From Paragordius varius (lineage: Eukaryota; Animalia; Nematomorpha), in the NCBI GenBank assembly GCA_964247055.1, contig OZ176053.1:13206001-13270000 (forward strand): a stretch of DNA of 64,000 nt, in the 5' to 3' direction. Positions 24,727-38,900 of the stretch are shown here, one piece after another; position 1 is the stretch's first letter; each line of letters begins with the position of its first letter. A program made the position numbers and the translations under genes. The notes beneath the pieces are model-generated. The model was not told where the DNA came from and did not search any database. It saw only the letters and a list, made by a program, of their open reading frames with translations.

Positions 24727-27700
24727 AACTTGAGTATTGATGCGACTTATTGATACGATTAGTTTTATACATTAATTTATAAAGTATTGTTGTAATAATC
24801 GGATATGAAAGAGTTTGTCAAACTATCTCTATATTTTGATGTAATCTTGCTAAGAGAATGTATAAAAAATAATTTTGTTCACCGGTGACCAATATCCGAT
24901 TTTTAAGGACAAAGTTTAACTTGAATATTGATGCGACTAGTTTAATACATTAATATTTAAAGTATAGTTGTAAAAATCGGATATGAAAGAGTTTTTCAAA
25001 CTATCTCTATATTTTGATGTAGTCTTACTAAGAGAATGTATAAAAAATAATTTTGTTCACCGGTGACCAATATCCGATTTTTAAGGACAAAGTTTAACTT
25101 GAGTATTGATACGATTTATTGATACGACTAGTTTTATACATTAATTTTTAAAGTATCGTTGTAAAAATCGGATATGAAAGAGTTTGTCAAACTATCTCTA
25201 TATTTTGATGTAGTCTTACTAAGAGAATGTATAAAAAATAATTTTGTTCACCGGTGACCAATATCCGATTTTTAAGGACAAAGTTTAACTTGAGTATTGA
25301 TACGATTAATTGATACGACTAGTTTTATACATTAATTTTTAAAGTATCGTTGTAAAAATCGGATATGAAAGAGTTTGTCAAACTATCTCTATATTTTGAT
25401 GTAGTCTTACTAAGAGAATGTATAAAAAATAATTTTGTTCACCAGTGACCAATATCCGATTTTTAAGGACAGAGTTTAACTTGAGTATTGATGCGACTAG
25501 TTTAACACATTAATTTTTAAAGTATCGTTGTAAAAATCGGATATGAAAGAGTTTGTCAAACTATCTCTATATTTTGATGTAGTCTTACTAAGAGAATGTA
25601 TAAAAAATAATTTTGTTCACCGGTGACCAATATCCGATTTTTAAGGACAAAGTTTAACTTGAGTATTGATGCGACTAGTTTAATACATTAATTTTTAAAG
25701 TATCGTTGTAAAAATCGGATATGAAAGAGTTTGTCAAACTATCTCTATATTTTGATGTAGTCTTACTAAGAGAATGTATAAAAAATTATTTGTTCACCGG
25801 GGACCAATATTCGATTTTTAAGGACAAAGTTTAACTTGAGTAATCATGCGACTAGTTTTATACATTAATTTTTAAAGTATTGTTGTAAAAATCGCATATG
25901 AAAGAGTTTGCCAAACTATCTCTATATTTATATGTAGTCTTACTAAGAGAATGTATAAAAAATTATTTTGTTCACCGGTGACCAATATCCGATTTATAAG
26001 GATTAAGTTTAACTTGAGTATTGATGCGACTTATTGATACGATTAGTTTTATACATTAATTTATAAAGTATTGTTGTAATAATCGGATATGAAAGAGTTT
26101 GTCAAACTATCTCTATATTTTGATGTAATCTTGCTAAGAGAATGTATAAAAAATAATTTTGTTCACCGGTGACCAATATCCGATTTTTAAGGACAAAGTT
26201 TAACTTGAATATTGATGCGACTAGTTTAATACATTAATTTTTAAAGTATAGTTGTAAAAATCGGATATGAAAGAGTTTGTCAAACTATCTCTATATTTTG
26301 ATGTAGTCTTACTAAGAGAATGTATAAAAAATAATTTTGTTCACCGGTGACCAATATCCGATTTTTAAGGACAAAGTTTAACGTGAGTATTGATACGATT
26401 TATTGATACGACTAGTTTTATACATTAATTTTTAAAGTATCGTTGTAAAAATCAAATATGAAAGAGTTTGTCAAACTATCTCTATATTTTGATGTAGTCT
26501 TACTAAGAGAATGTATAAAAAATAATTTTGTTCACCGGTGACCAATATCCGATTTTTAAGGACAAAGTTTAACTTGAGTATTGATACGATTAATTGATAC
26601 GACTAGTTTTATACATTAATTTTTAAAGTATCGTTGTAAAAATCGGATATGAAAGAGTTTGTCAAACTATCTCTATATTTTGATGTAGTCTTACTAAGAG
26701 AATGTATAAAAAATAATTTTGTTCACCAGTGACCAATAACCGATTTTTAAGGACAGAGTTTAACTTGAGTATTGATGCGACTAGTTTAACACATTAATTT
26801 TTAAAGTATCGTTGTAAAAATCGGATATGAAAGAGTTTGTCAAACTATCTCTATATGTTGATGTAGTCTTACTAAGAGAATGTATAAAAAATAATTTTGT
26901 TCACCGGTGACCAATATCCGATTTTTAAGGACAAAGTTTAACTTGAGTATTGATGCGACTAGTTTAATACATTAATTTTTAAAGTATCGTTGTAAAAATC
27001 GGATATGAAAGAGTTTGTCAAACTATCTCTATATTTTGATGTAGTCTTACTAAGAGAATGTATAAAAAATTATTTGTTCACCGGGGACCAATATTCGATT
27101 TTTAAGGACAAAGTTTAACTTGAGTAATCATGCGACTAGTTTTATACATTAATTTTTAAAGTATTGTTGTAAAAATCGCATATGAAAGAGTTTGCCAAAC
27201 TATCTCTATATTTATATGTAGTCTTACTAAGAGAATGTATAAAAAATTATTTTGTTCACCGGTGACCAATATCCGATTTATAAGGATTAAGTTTAACTTG
27301 AGTATTGATGCGACTTATTGATACGATTAGTTTTATACATTAATTTATAAAGTATTGTTGTAATAATCGGATATGAAAGAGTTTGTCAAACTATCTCTAT
27401 ATTTTGATGTAATCTTGCTAAGAGAATGTATAAAAAATAATTTTGTTCACCGGTGACCAATATCCGATTTTTAAGGACAAAGTTTAACTTGAATATTGAT
27501 GCGACTAGTTTAATACATTAATATTTAAAGTATAGTTGTAAAAATCGGATATGAAAGAGTTTTTCAAACTATCTCTATATTTTGATGTAGTCTTACTAAG
27601 AGAATGTATAAAAAATAATTTTGTTCACCGGTGACCAATATCCGATTTTTAAGGACAAAGTTTAACTTGAGTATTGATACGATTTATTGATACGACTAGT

Positions 27701-30700
27701 TTTATACATTAATTTTTAAAGTATCGTTGTAAAAATCGGATATGAAAGAGTTTGTCAAACTATCTCTATATTTTGATGTAGTCTTACTAAGAGAATGTAT
27801 AAAAAATAATTTTGTTCACCGGTGACCAATATCCGATTTTTAAGGACAAAGTTTAACTTGAGTATTGATACGATTAATTGATACGACTAGTTTTATACAT
27901 TAATTTTTAAAGTATCGTTGTAAAAATCGGATATGAAAGAGTTTGTCAAACTATCTCTATATTTTGATGTAGTCTTACTAAGAGAATGTATAAAAAATAA
28001 TTTTGTTCACCAGTGACCAATATCCGATTTTTAAGGACAGAGTTTAACTTGAGTATTGATGCGACTAGTTTAACACATTAATTTTTAAAGTATCGTTGTA
28101 AAAATCGGATATGAAAGAGTTTGTCAAACTATCTCTATATTTTGATGTAGTCTTACTAAGAGAATGTATAAAAAATAATTTTGTTCACCGGTGACCAATA
28201 TCCGATTTTTAAGGACAAAGTTTAACTTGAGTATTGATGCGACTAGTTTAATACATTAATTTTTAAAGTATCGTTGTAAAAATCGGATATGAAAGAGTTT
28301 GTCAAACTATCTCTATATTTTGATGTAGTCTTACTAAGAGAATGTATAAAAAATTATTTGTTCACCGGGGACCAATATTCGATTTTTAAGGACAAAGTTT
28401 AACTTGAGTAATCATGCGACTAGTTTTATACATTAATTTTTAAAGTATTGTTGTAAAAATCGCATATGAAAGAGTTTGCCAAACTATCTCTATATTTATA
28501 TGTAGTCTTACTAAGAGAATGTATAAAAAATTATTTTGTTCACCGGTGACCAATATCCGATTTATAAGGATTAAGTTTAACTTGAGTATTGATGCGACTT
28601 ATTGATACGATTAGTTTTATACATTAATTTATAAAGTATTGTTGTAATAATCGGATATGAAAGAGTTTGTCAAACTATCTCTATATTTTGATGTAATCTT
28701 GCTAAGAGAATGTATAAAAAATAATTTTGTTCACCGGTGACCAATATCCGATTTTTAAGGACAAAGTTTAACTTGAATATTGATGCGACTAGTTTAATAC
28801 ATTAATTTTTAAAGTATAGTTGTAAAAATCGGATATGAAAGAGTTTGTCAAACTATCTCTATATTTTGATGTAGTCTTACTAAGAGAATGTATAAAAAAT
28901 AATTTTGTTCACCGGTGACCAATATCCGATTTTTAAGGACAAAGTTTAACGTGAGTATTGATACGATTTATTGATACGACTAGTTTTATACATTAATTTT
29001 TAAAGTATCGTTGTAAAAATCGAATATGAAAGAGTTTGTCAAACTATCTCTATATTTTGATGTAGTCTTACTAAGAGAATGTATAAAAAATAATTTTGTT
29101 CACCGGTGACCAATATCCGATTTTTAAGGACAAAGTTTAACTTGAATATTGATGCGACTAGTTTAATACATTAATATTTAAAGTATAGTTGTAAAAATCG
29201 GATATGAAAGAGTTTTTCAAACTATCTCTATATTTTGATGTAGTCTTACTAAGAGAATGTATAAAAAATAATTTTGTTCACCGGTGACCAATATCCGATT
29301 TTTAAGGACAAAGTTTAACTTGAGTATTGATACGATTTATTGATACGACTAGTTTTATACATTAATTTTTAAAGTATCGTTGTAAAAATCGGATATGAAA
29401 GAGTTTGTCAAACTATCTCTATATTTTGATGTAGTCTTACTAAGAGAATGTATAAAAAATAATTTTGTTCACCGGTGACCAATATCCGATTTTTAAGGAC
29501 AAAGTTTAACTTGAGTATTGATACGATTAATTGATACGACTAGTTTTATACATTAATTTTTAAAGTATCGTTGTAAAAATCGGATATGAAAGAGTTTGTC
29601 AAACTATCTCTATATTTTGATGTAGTCTTACTAAGAGAATGTATAAAAAATAATTTTGTTCACCAGTGACCAATATCCGATTTTTAAGGACAGAGTTTAA
29701 CTTGAGTATTGATGCGACTAGTTTAACACATTAATTTTTAAAGTATCGTTGTAAAAATCGGATATGAAAGAGTTTGTCAAACTATCTCTATATTTTGATG
29801 TAGTCTTACTAAGAGAATGTATAAAAAATAATTTTGTTCACCGGTGACCAATATCCGATTTTTAAGGACAAAGTTTAACTTGAGTATTGATGCGACTAGT
29901 TTAATACATTAATTTTTAAAGTATCGTTGTAAAAATCGGATATGAAAGAGTTTGTCAAACTATCTCTATATTTTGATGTAGTCTTACTAAGAGAATGTAT
30001 AAAAAATTATTTGTTCACCGGGGACCAATATTCGATTTTTAAGGACAAAGTTTAACTTGAGTAATCATGCGACTAGTTTTATACATTAATTTTTAAAGTA
30101 TTGTTGTAAAAATCGCATATGAAAGAGTTTGCCAAACTATCTCTATATTTATATGTAGTCTTACTAAGAGAATGTATAAAAAATTATTTTGTTCACCGGT
30201 GACCAATATCCGATTTATAAGGATTAAGTTTAACTTGAGTATTGATGCGACTTATTGATACGATTAGTTTTATACATTAATTTATAAAGTATTGTTGTAA
30301 TAATCGGATATGAAAGAGTTTGTCAAACTATCTCTATATTTTGATGTAATCTTGCTAAGAGAATGTATAAAAAATAATTTTGTTCACCGGTGACCAATAT
30401 CCGATTTTTAAGGACAAAGTTTAACTTGAATATTGATGCGACTAGTTTAATACATTAATTTTTAAAGTATAGTTGTAAAAATCGGATATGAAAGAGTTTG
30501 TCAAACTATCTCTATATTTTGATGTAGTCTTACTAAGAGAATGTATAAAAAATAATTTTGTTCACCGGTGACCAATATCCGATTTTTAAGGACAAAGTTT
30601 AACGTGAGTATTGATACGATTTATTGATACGACTAGTTTTATACATTAATTTTTAAAGTATCGTTGTAAAAATCGAATATGAAAGAGTTTGTCAAACTAT

Positions 30701-31884
30701 CTCTATATTTTGATGTAGTCTTACTAAGAGAATGTATAAAAAATAATTTTGTTCACCGGTGACCAATATCCGATTTTTAAGGACAAAGTTTAACTTGAGT
30801 ATTGATACGATTAATTGATACGACTAGTTTTATACATTAATTTTTAAAGTATCGTTGTAAAAATCGGATATGAAAGAGTTTGTCAAACTATCTCTATATT
30901 TTGATGTAGTCTTACTAAGAGAATGTATAAAAAATAATTTTGTTCACCAGTGACCAATATCCGATTTTTAAGGACAGAGTTTAACTTGAGTATTGATGCG
31001 ACTAGTTTAACACATTAATTTTTAAAGTATCGTTGTAAAAATCGGATATGAAAGAGTTTGTCAAACTATCTCTATATGTTGATGTAGTCTTACTAAGAGA
31101 ATGTATAAAAAATAATTTTGTTCACCGGTGACCAATATCCGATTTTTAAGGACAAAGTTTAACTTGAGTATTGATGCGACTAGTTTAATACATTAATTTT
31201 TAAAGTATCGTTGTAAAAATCGGATATGAAAGAGTTTGTCAAACTATCTCTATATTTTGATGTAGTCTTACTAAGAGAATGTATAAAAAATTATTTGTTC
31301 ACCGGGGACCAATATTCGATTTTTAAGGACAAAGTTTAACTTGAGTAATCATGCGACTAGTTTTATACATTAATTTTTAAAGTATTGTTGTAAAAATCGC
31401 ATATGAAAGAGTTTGCCAAACTATCTCTATATTTATATGTAGTCTTACTAAGAGAATGTATAAAAAATTATTTTGTTCACCGGTGACCAATATCCGATTT
31501 ATAAGGATTAAGTTTAACTTGAGTATTGATGCGACTTATTGATACGATTAGTTTTATACATTAATTTATAAAGTATTGTTGTAATAATCGGATATGAAAG
31601 AGTTTGTCAAACTATCTCTATATTTTGATGTAATCTTGCTAAGAGAATGTATAAAAAATAATTTTGTTCACCGGTGACCAATATCCGATTTTTAAGGACA
31701 AAGTTTAACTTGAATATTGATGCGACTAGTTTAATACATTAATTTTTAAAGTATAGTTGTAAAAATCGGATATGAAAGAGTTTGTCAAACTATCTCTATA
31801 TTTTGATGTAGTCTTACTAAGAGAATGTATAAAAAATAATTTTGTTCACCGGTGACCAATATCCGATTTTTAAGGACAAAGTTT
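24727..31884 (+). repeat. Local 7-monomer HOR domain, 1284-bp period (C-D-E/P-K-F'-J-H'/C' fusion)
   Basis: C monomers start at 24727, 26011, 27295, 28579, 30232 and 31516. Intervals are 1284, except one of 1653 (+369, two extra monomers). Private markers: ggacagag, attatttg, aatattcg. Confidence 0.92.
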
Positions 31885-32975
31885 AACGTGAGTATTGATA
31901 CGATTTATTGATACGACTAGTTTTATACATTAATTTTTAAAGTATCGTTATAAAAATCGAATATGAAAGAGTTTGTCAAACTATCTCTATATTTTGATGT
32001 AGTCTTACTAAGAGAATGTATAAAAAATAATTTTGTTCACCGGTGACCAATATCCGATTTTTAAGGACAAAGTTTAACTTGAGTATTGATGCGACTAGTT
32101 TAACACATTAATTTTTAAAGTATCGTTGTAAAAATCGGATATGAAAGAGTTTGTCAAACTATCTCTAATATTTGATGTAGTCTTACTAAGAGAATGTATA
32201 AAAAATAATTTTGTTCACCGGTGACCAATATCCGATTTTTAAGGACAAAGTTTAACTTGAGTATTGATGCGACTAGTTTAATACATTAATTTTTAAAGTA
32301 TCGTTGTACAATCGGATATGAAAGAGTTTGTCAAACTATCTCTATATTTTGATGTAGTCTTCCTAAGAGAATGTATAAAAAATTATTTTGTTCACCGGGG
32401 ACCAATATCCGATTTTTAAGGACAAAGTTTAACTTGAGTAGTCATGCGACTACTTTTATACATTAATTTTTAAAGTATTGTTGTAAAAATCGGATATGAA
32501 AGAGTTTGCCAAACTATCTCTATATTTATATGTAGTCCTACTAAGAGAATGTATAAAAAAAATTTTGCTCACCGGTGACCAATTTCCGATTTTTAAGGAC
32601 AAAGTTTAACTTGAGTATTGATGCGACTTATTGATACGACTAGTTTATACATTAATTTATAAAGTATCGTTGTAAAAATCGGATATGAAAGAGTTTGTCA
32701 AACTATCTCTATTATTTGATGTAGTTTAGCTAAGAGAATGTATAAAAAATTATTTTGTTCACCGGTGACCAATATCCGATTTTTAAGGACAAAGTTTAAC
32801 TTGAGTATTGATGCGACGAGTTTAATACATTAATTTTTAAAGTATAGTTGTAAAAATCGGATATGAAAGAGTTTGTCAAACTATCTCTATAATTTGATGT
32901 AGTCTTACTAAGAGAATGTATAAAAAATTATTTTGTTCACCGGGGACCAATATCCGATTTTTAAGGACAAAGTTT

Positions 32976-35900
32976 AACTTGAGTAATCATGCGACTAGTT
33001 TTATACATTAATTTTTAAAGTATTGTTGTAAAAATCGGATATGAAAGAGTTTGCCAAACTATCTCTATATTTATATGTAGTCCTACTAAGAGAATGTATA
33101 AAAAAAATTTTGCTCACCGGTGACCAATATCCGATTTTTAAGGACAAAGTTTAACTTGAGTATTGATGCGACTTATTGATACGACTAGTTTATACATTAA
33201 TTTATAAAGTATCGTTGTAATAATCGGATATGGAAAGAGTTTGTCAAACTATCTCTATATTTTGATGTAGTCTTACTAAGAGAATGTATAAAAAATTATT
33301 TTGTTCACCGGTGACCAATATCCGATTTATAAGGATTAAGTTTAACTTGAGTATTGATGCGACTTATTGATACGATTAGTTTTATACATTAATTTATAAA
33401 GTATTGTTGTAATAATCGGATATGAAAGAGTTTGTCAAACTATCTCTATATTTTGATGTAATCTTGCTAAGAGAATGTATAAAAAATAATTTTGTTCACC
33501 GGTGACCAATATCCGATTTTTAAGGACAAAGTTTAACTTGAATATTGATGCGACTAGTTTAATACATTAATTTTTAAAGTATAGTTGTAAAAATCGGATA
33601 TGAAAGAGTTTGTCAAACTATCTCTATATTTTGATGTAGTCTTACTAAGAGAATGTATAAAAAATAATTTTGTTCACCGGTGACCAATATCCGATTTTTA
33701 AGGACAAAGTTTAACGTGAGTATTGATACGATTTATTGATACGACTAGTTTTATACATTAATTTTTAAAGTATCGTTGTAAAAATCGAATATGAAAGAGC
33801 TTGTCAAACTATCTCTATATTTTGATGTAGTCTTACTAAGAGAATGTATAAAAAATTATTTTGTTCACCGGTGACCAATATCCGATTTTTAAGGACAAAG
33901 TTTAACTTGAGTATTGATGCGACTAGTTTAATACATTAATTTTTAAAGTATCGTTGTACAATCGGATATGAAAGAGTTTGTCAAACTATCTCTATATTTT
34001 GATGTAGTCCTACTAAGAGAATGTATAAAAAATTATTTTGTTCACCGGGGACCAATATCCGATTTTTAAGGACAAAGTTTAACTTGAGTAATCATGCGAC
34101 TAGTTTTATACATTAATTTTTAAAGTATTGTTGTAAAAATCGGATATGAAAGAGTTTGCCAAACTATCTCTATATTTATATGTAGTCCTACTAAGAGAAT
34201 GTATAAAAAAAATTTTGCTCACCGGTGACCAATATCCGATTTTTAAGGACAAAGTTTAACTTGAGTATTGATGCGACTTAATGATACGACTAGTTTATAC
34301 ATTAATTTATAAAGTATCGTTGTATAAATCGGATATGAAAGAGTTTGTCAAACTATCTCTATTATTTGATGTAGTTTAGCTAAGAGAATGTATAAAAAAT
34401 TATTTTGTTCACCGGTGACCAATATCCGATTTTTAAGGACAAAGTTTAACTTGAGTATTGATGCGACGAGTTTAATACATTAATTTTTAAAGTATAGTTG
34501 TAAAAATCGGATATGAAAGAGGTTGTCAAACTATCTCTATATTTTGATGTAGTCTTACTAAGAGAATGTATAAAAAATAATTTTGTTCACCGGTGACCAA
34601 TATCCGATTTTTAAGGACAAAGTTTAACTTGAGTATTGATACGATTTATTGATACGACTAGTTTTATACATTAATTTTTAAAGTATCGTTGTAAAAATCG
34701 GATATGAAAGAGTTTGTTAAACTATCTCTATATTTTGATGTAGTCTTACTAAGAGAATGTATAAAAAATAATTTTGTTCACCGGTGACCAATATCCGATT
34801 TTTAAGGACAAAGTTTAACTTGAGTATTGATACGATTAATTGATACGACTAGTTTTATACATTAATTTTTAAAGTATCGTTGTAAAAATCGGATATGAAA
34901 GAGTTTGTCAAACTATCTCTATATTTTGATGTAGTCTTACTAAGAGAATGTATAAAAAATAATTTTGTTCACCAGTGACCAATATCCGATTTTTAAGGAC
35001 AAAGTTTAACTTGAGTATTGATGCGACTAGTTTAACACATTAATTTTTAAAGTATCGTTGTAAAAATCGGATATGAAAGAGTTTGTCAAACTATCTCTAT
35101 ATTTTGATGTAGTCTTACTAAGAGAATGTATAAAAAATAATTTTGTTCACCGGTGACCAATATCCGATTTTTAAGGACAAAGTTTAACTTGAGTATTGAT
35201 GCGACTAGTTTAATACATTAATTTTTAAAGTATCGTTGTAAAAATCGGATATGAAAGAGTTTGTCAAACTATCTCTATATTTTGATGTAGTCTTACTAAG
35301 AGAATGTATAAAAAATTATTTGTTCACCGGGGACCAATATCCGATTTTTAAGGACAAAGTTTAACTTGAGTAATCATGCGACTAGTTTTATACATTAATT
35401 TTTAAAGTATTGTTGTAAAAATCGCATATGAAAGAGTTTGCCAAACTATCTCTATATTTATATGTAGTCCTACTAAGAGAATGTATAAAAAAAATTTTGT
35501 TCACCAGTGACCAATATCCGATTTTTAAGGACAAAGTTTAACTTGAGTATTGATGCGACTTATTGATACGATTAGTTTTATACATTAATTTATAAAGTAT
35601 TGTTGTAATAATCGGATATGGAAAGAGTTTGTCAAACTATCTCTATATTTTGATGTAGTCTTACTAAGAGAATGTATAAAAAATTATTTTGTTCACCGGT
35701 GACCAATATCCGATTTATAAGGATTAAGTTTAACTTGAGTATTGATGCGACTTATTGATACGATTAGTTTTATACATTAATTTATAAAGTATTGTTGTAA
35801 TAATCGGATATGAAAGAGTTTGTCAAACTATCTCTATATTTTGATGTAATCTTGCTAAGAGAATGTATAAAAAATAATTTTGTTCACCGGTGACCAATAT

Positions 35901-38900
35901 CCGATTTTTAAGGACAAAGTTTAACTTGAATATTGATGCGACTAGTTTAATACATTAATTTTTAAAGTATAGTTGTAAAAATCGGATATGAAAGAGTTTG
36001 TCAAACTATCTCTATATTTTGATGTAGTCTTACTAAGAGAATGTATAAAAAATAATTTTGTTCACCGGTGACCAATATCCGATTTTTAAGGACAAAGTTT
36101 AACGTGAGTATTGATACGATTTATTGATACGACTAGTTTTATACATTAATTTTTAAAGTATCGTTGTAAAAATCGAATATGAAAGAGTTTGTCAAACTAT
36201 CTCTATATTTTGATGTAGTCTTACTAAGAGAATGTATAAAAAATAATTTTGTTCACCGGTGACCAATATCCGATTTTTAAGGACAAAGTTTAACTTGAGT
36301 ATTGATGCGACTAGTTTAACACATTAATTTTTAAAGTATCGTTGTAAAAATCGGATATGAAAGAGTTTGTCAAACTATCTCTAATATTTGATGTAGTCTT
36401 ACTAAGAGAATGTATAAAAAATAATTTTGTTCACCGGTGACCAATATCCGATTTTTAAGGACAAAGTTTAACTTGAGTATTGATGCGACTAGTTTAATAC
36501 ATTAATTTTTAAAGTATCGTTGTACAATCGGATATGAAAGAGTTTGTCAAACTATCTCTATATTTTGATGTAGTCTTCCTAAGAGAATGTATAAAAAATT
36601 ATTTTGTTCACCGGGGACCAATATCCGATTTTTAAGGACAAAGTTTAACTTGAGTAGTCATGCGACTACTTTTATACATTAATTTTTAAAGTATTGTTGT
36701 AAAAATCGGATATGAAAGAGTTTGCCAAACTATCTCTATATTTATATGTAGTCCTACTAAGAGAATGTATAAAAAAAATTTTGCTCACCGGTGACCAATT
36801 TCCGATTTTTAAGGACAAAGTTTAACTTGAGTATTGATGCGACTTATTGATACGACTAGTTTATACATTAATTTATAAAGTATCGTTGTAAAAATCGGAT
36901 ATGAAAGAGTTTGTCAAACTATCTCTATTATTTGATGTAGTTTAGCTAAGAGAATGTATAAAAAATTATTTTGTTCACCGGTGACCAATATCCGATTTTT
37001 AAGGACAAAGTTTAACTTGAGTATTGATGCGACGAGTTTAATACATTAATTTTTAAAGTATAGTTGTAAAAATCGGATATGAAAGAGTTTGTCAAACTAT
37101 CTCTATATTTTGATGTAGTCTTACTAAGAGCATGTATAAAAAATAATTTTGTTCACCGGTGACCAATATCCGATTTTTAAGGACAAAGTTTAACTTGAGT
37201 ATTGATACGATTTATTGATACGACTAGTTTTATACATTAATTTTTAAAGTATCGTTGTAAAAATCGGATATGAAAGAGTTTGTCAAACTATCTCTATAAT
37301 TTGATGTAGTCTTACTAAGAGAATGTATAAAAAATAATTTTGTTCACCGGTGACCAATATCCGATTTTTAAGGACAAAGTTTAACTTGAGTATTGATGCG
37401 ACTAGTTTAATACATTAATTTTTAAAGTATCGTTGTACAATCGGATATGAAAGAGTTTGTCAAACTATCTCTATATTTTGATGTAGTCTTACTAAGAGAA
37501 TGTATAAAAAATTATTTTGTTCACCGGGGACCAATATCCGATTTTTAAGGACAAAGTTTAACTTGAGTAATCATGCGACTAGTTTTATACATTAATTTTT
37601 AAAGTATTGTTGTAAAAATCGGATATGAAAGAGTTTGCCAAACTATCTCTATATTTATATGTAGTCCTACTAAGAGAATGTATAAAAAAAATTTTGCTCA
37701 CCGGTGACCAATATCCGATTTTTAAGGACAAAGTTTAACTTGAGTATTGATGCGACTTATTGATACGACTAGTTTATACATTAATTTATAAAGTATCGTT
37801 GTAATAATCGGATATGGAAAGAGTTTGTCAAACTATCTCTATATTTTGATGTAGTCTTACTAAGAGAATGTATAAAAAATTATTTTGTTCACCGGTGACC
37901 AATATCCGATTTATAAGGATTAAGTTTAACTTGAGTATTGATGCGACTTATTGATACGATTAGTTTTATACATTAATTTATAAAGTATTGTTGTAATAAT
38001 CGGATATGAAAGAGTTTGTCAAACTATCTCTATATTTTGATGTAATCTTGCTAAGAGAATGTATAAAAAATAATTTTGTTCACCGGTGACCAATATCCGA
38101 TTTTTAAGGACAAAGTTTAACTTGAATATTGATGCGACTAGTTTAATACATTAATTTTTAAAGTATAGTTGTAAAAATCGGATATGAAAGAGTTTGTCAA
38201 ACTATCTCTATATTTTGATGTAGTCTTACTAAGAGAATGTATAAAAAATAATTTTGTTCACCGGTGACCAATATCCGATTTTTAAGGACAAAGTTTAACG
38301 TGAGTATTGATACGATTTATTGATACGACTAGTTTTATACATTAATTTTTAAAGTATCGTTGTAAAAATCGAATATGAAAGAGCTTGTCAAACTATCTCT
38401 ATATTTTGATGTAGTCTTACTAAGAGAATGTATAAAAAATAATTTTGTTCACCGGTGACCAATATCCGATTTTTAAGGACAAAGTTTAACTTGAGTATTG
38501 ATGCGACTAGTTTAATACATTAATTTTTAAAGTATCGTTGTACAATCGGATATGAAAGAGTTTGTCAAACTATCTCTATATTTTGATGTAGTCCTACTAA
38601 GAGAATGTATAAAAAATTATTTTGTTCACCGGGGACCAATATCCGATTTTTAAGGACAAAGTTTAACTTGAGTAATCATGCGACTAGTTTTATACATTAA
38701 TTTTTAAAGTATTGTTGTAAAAATCGGATATGAAAGAGTTTGCCAAACTATCTCTATATTTATATGTAGTCCTACTAAGAGAATGTATAAAAAAAATTTT
38801 GCTCACCGGTGACCAATATCCGATTTTTAAGGACAAAGTTTAACTTGAGTATTGATGCGACTTAATGATACGACTAGTTTATACATTAATTTATAAAGTA

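Noticed and set aside
25801-25830. CENP-B box (TTCG....A..CGGG) suggested by the aatattcg variant
   Set aside because: TTCG is not followed by the required A and CGGG at the right spacing. I found no canonical box on either strand of the consensus.
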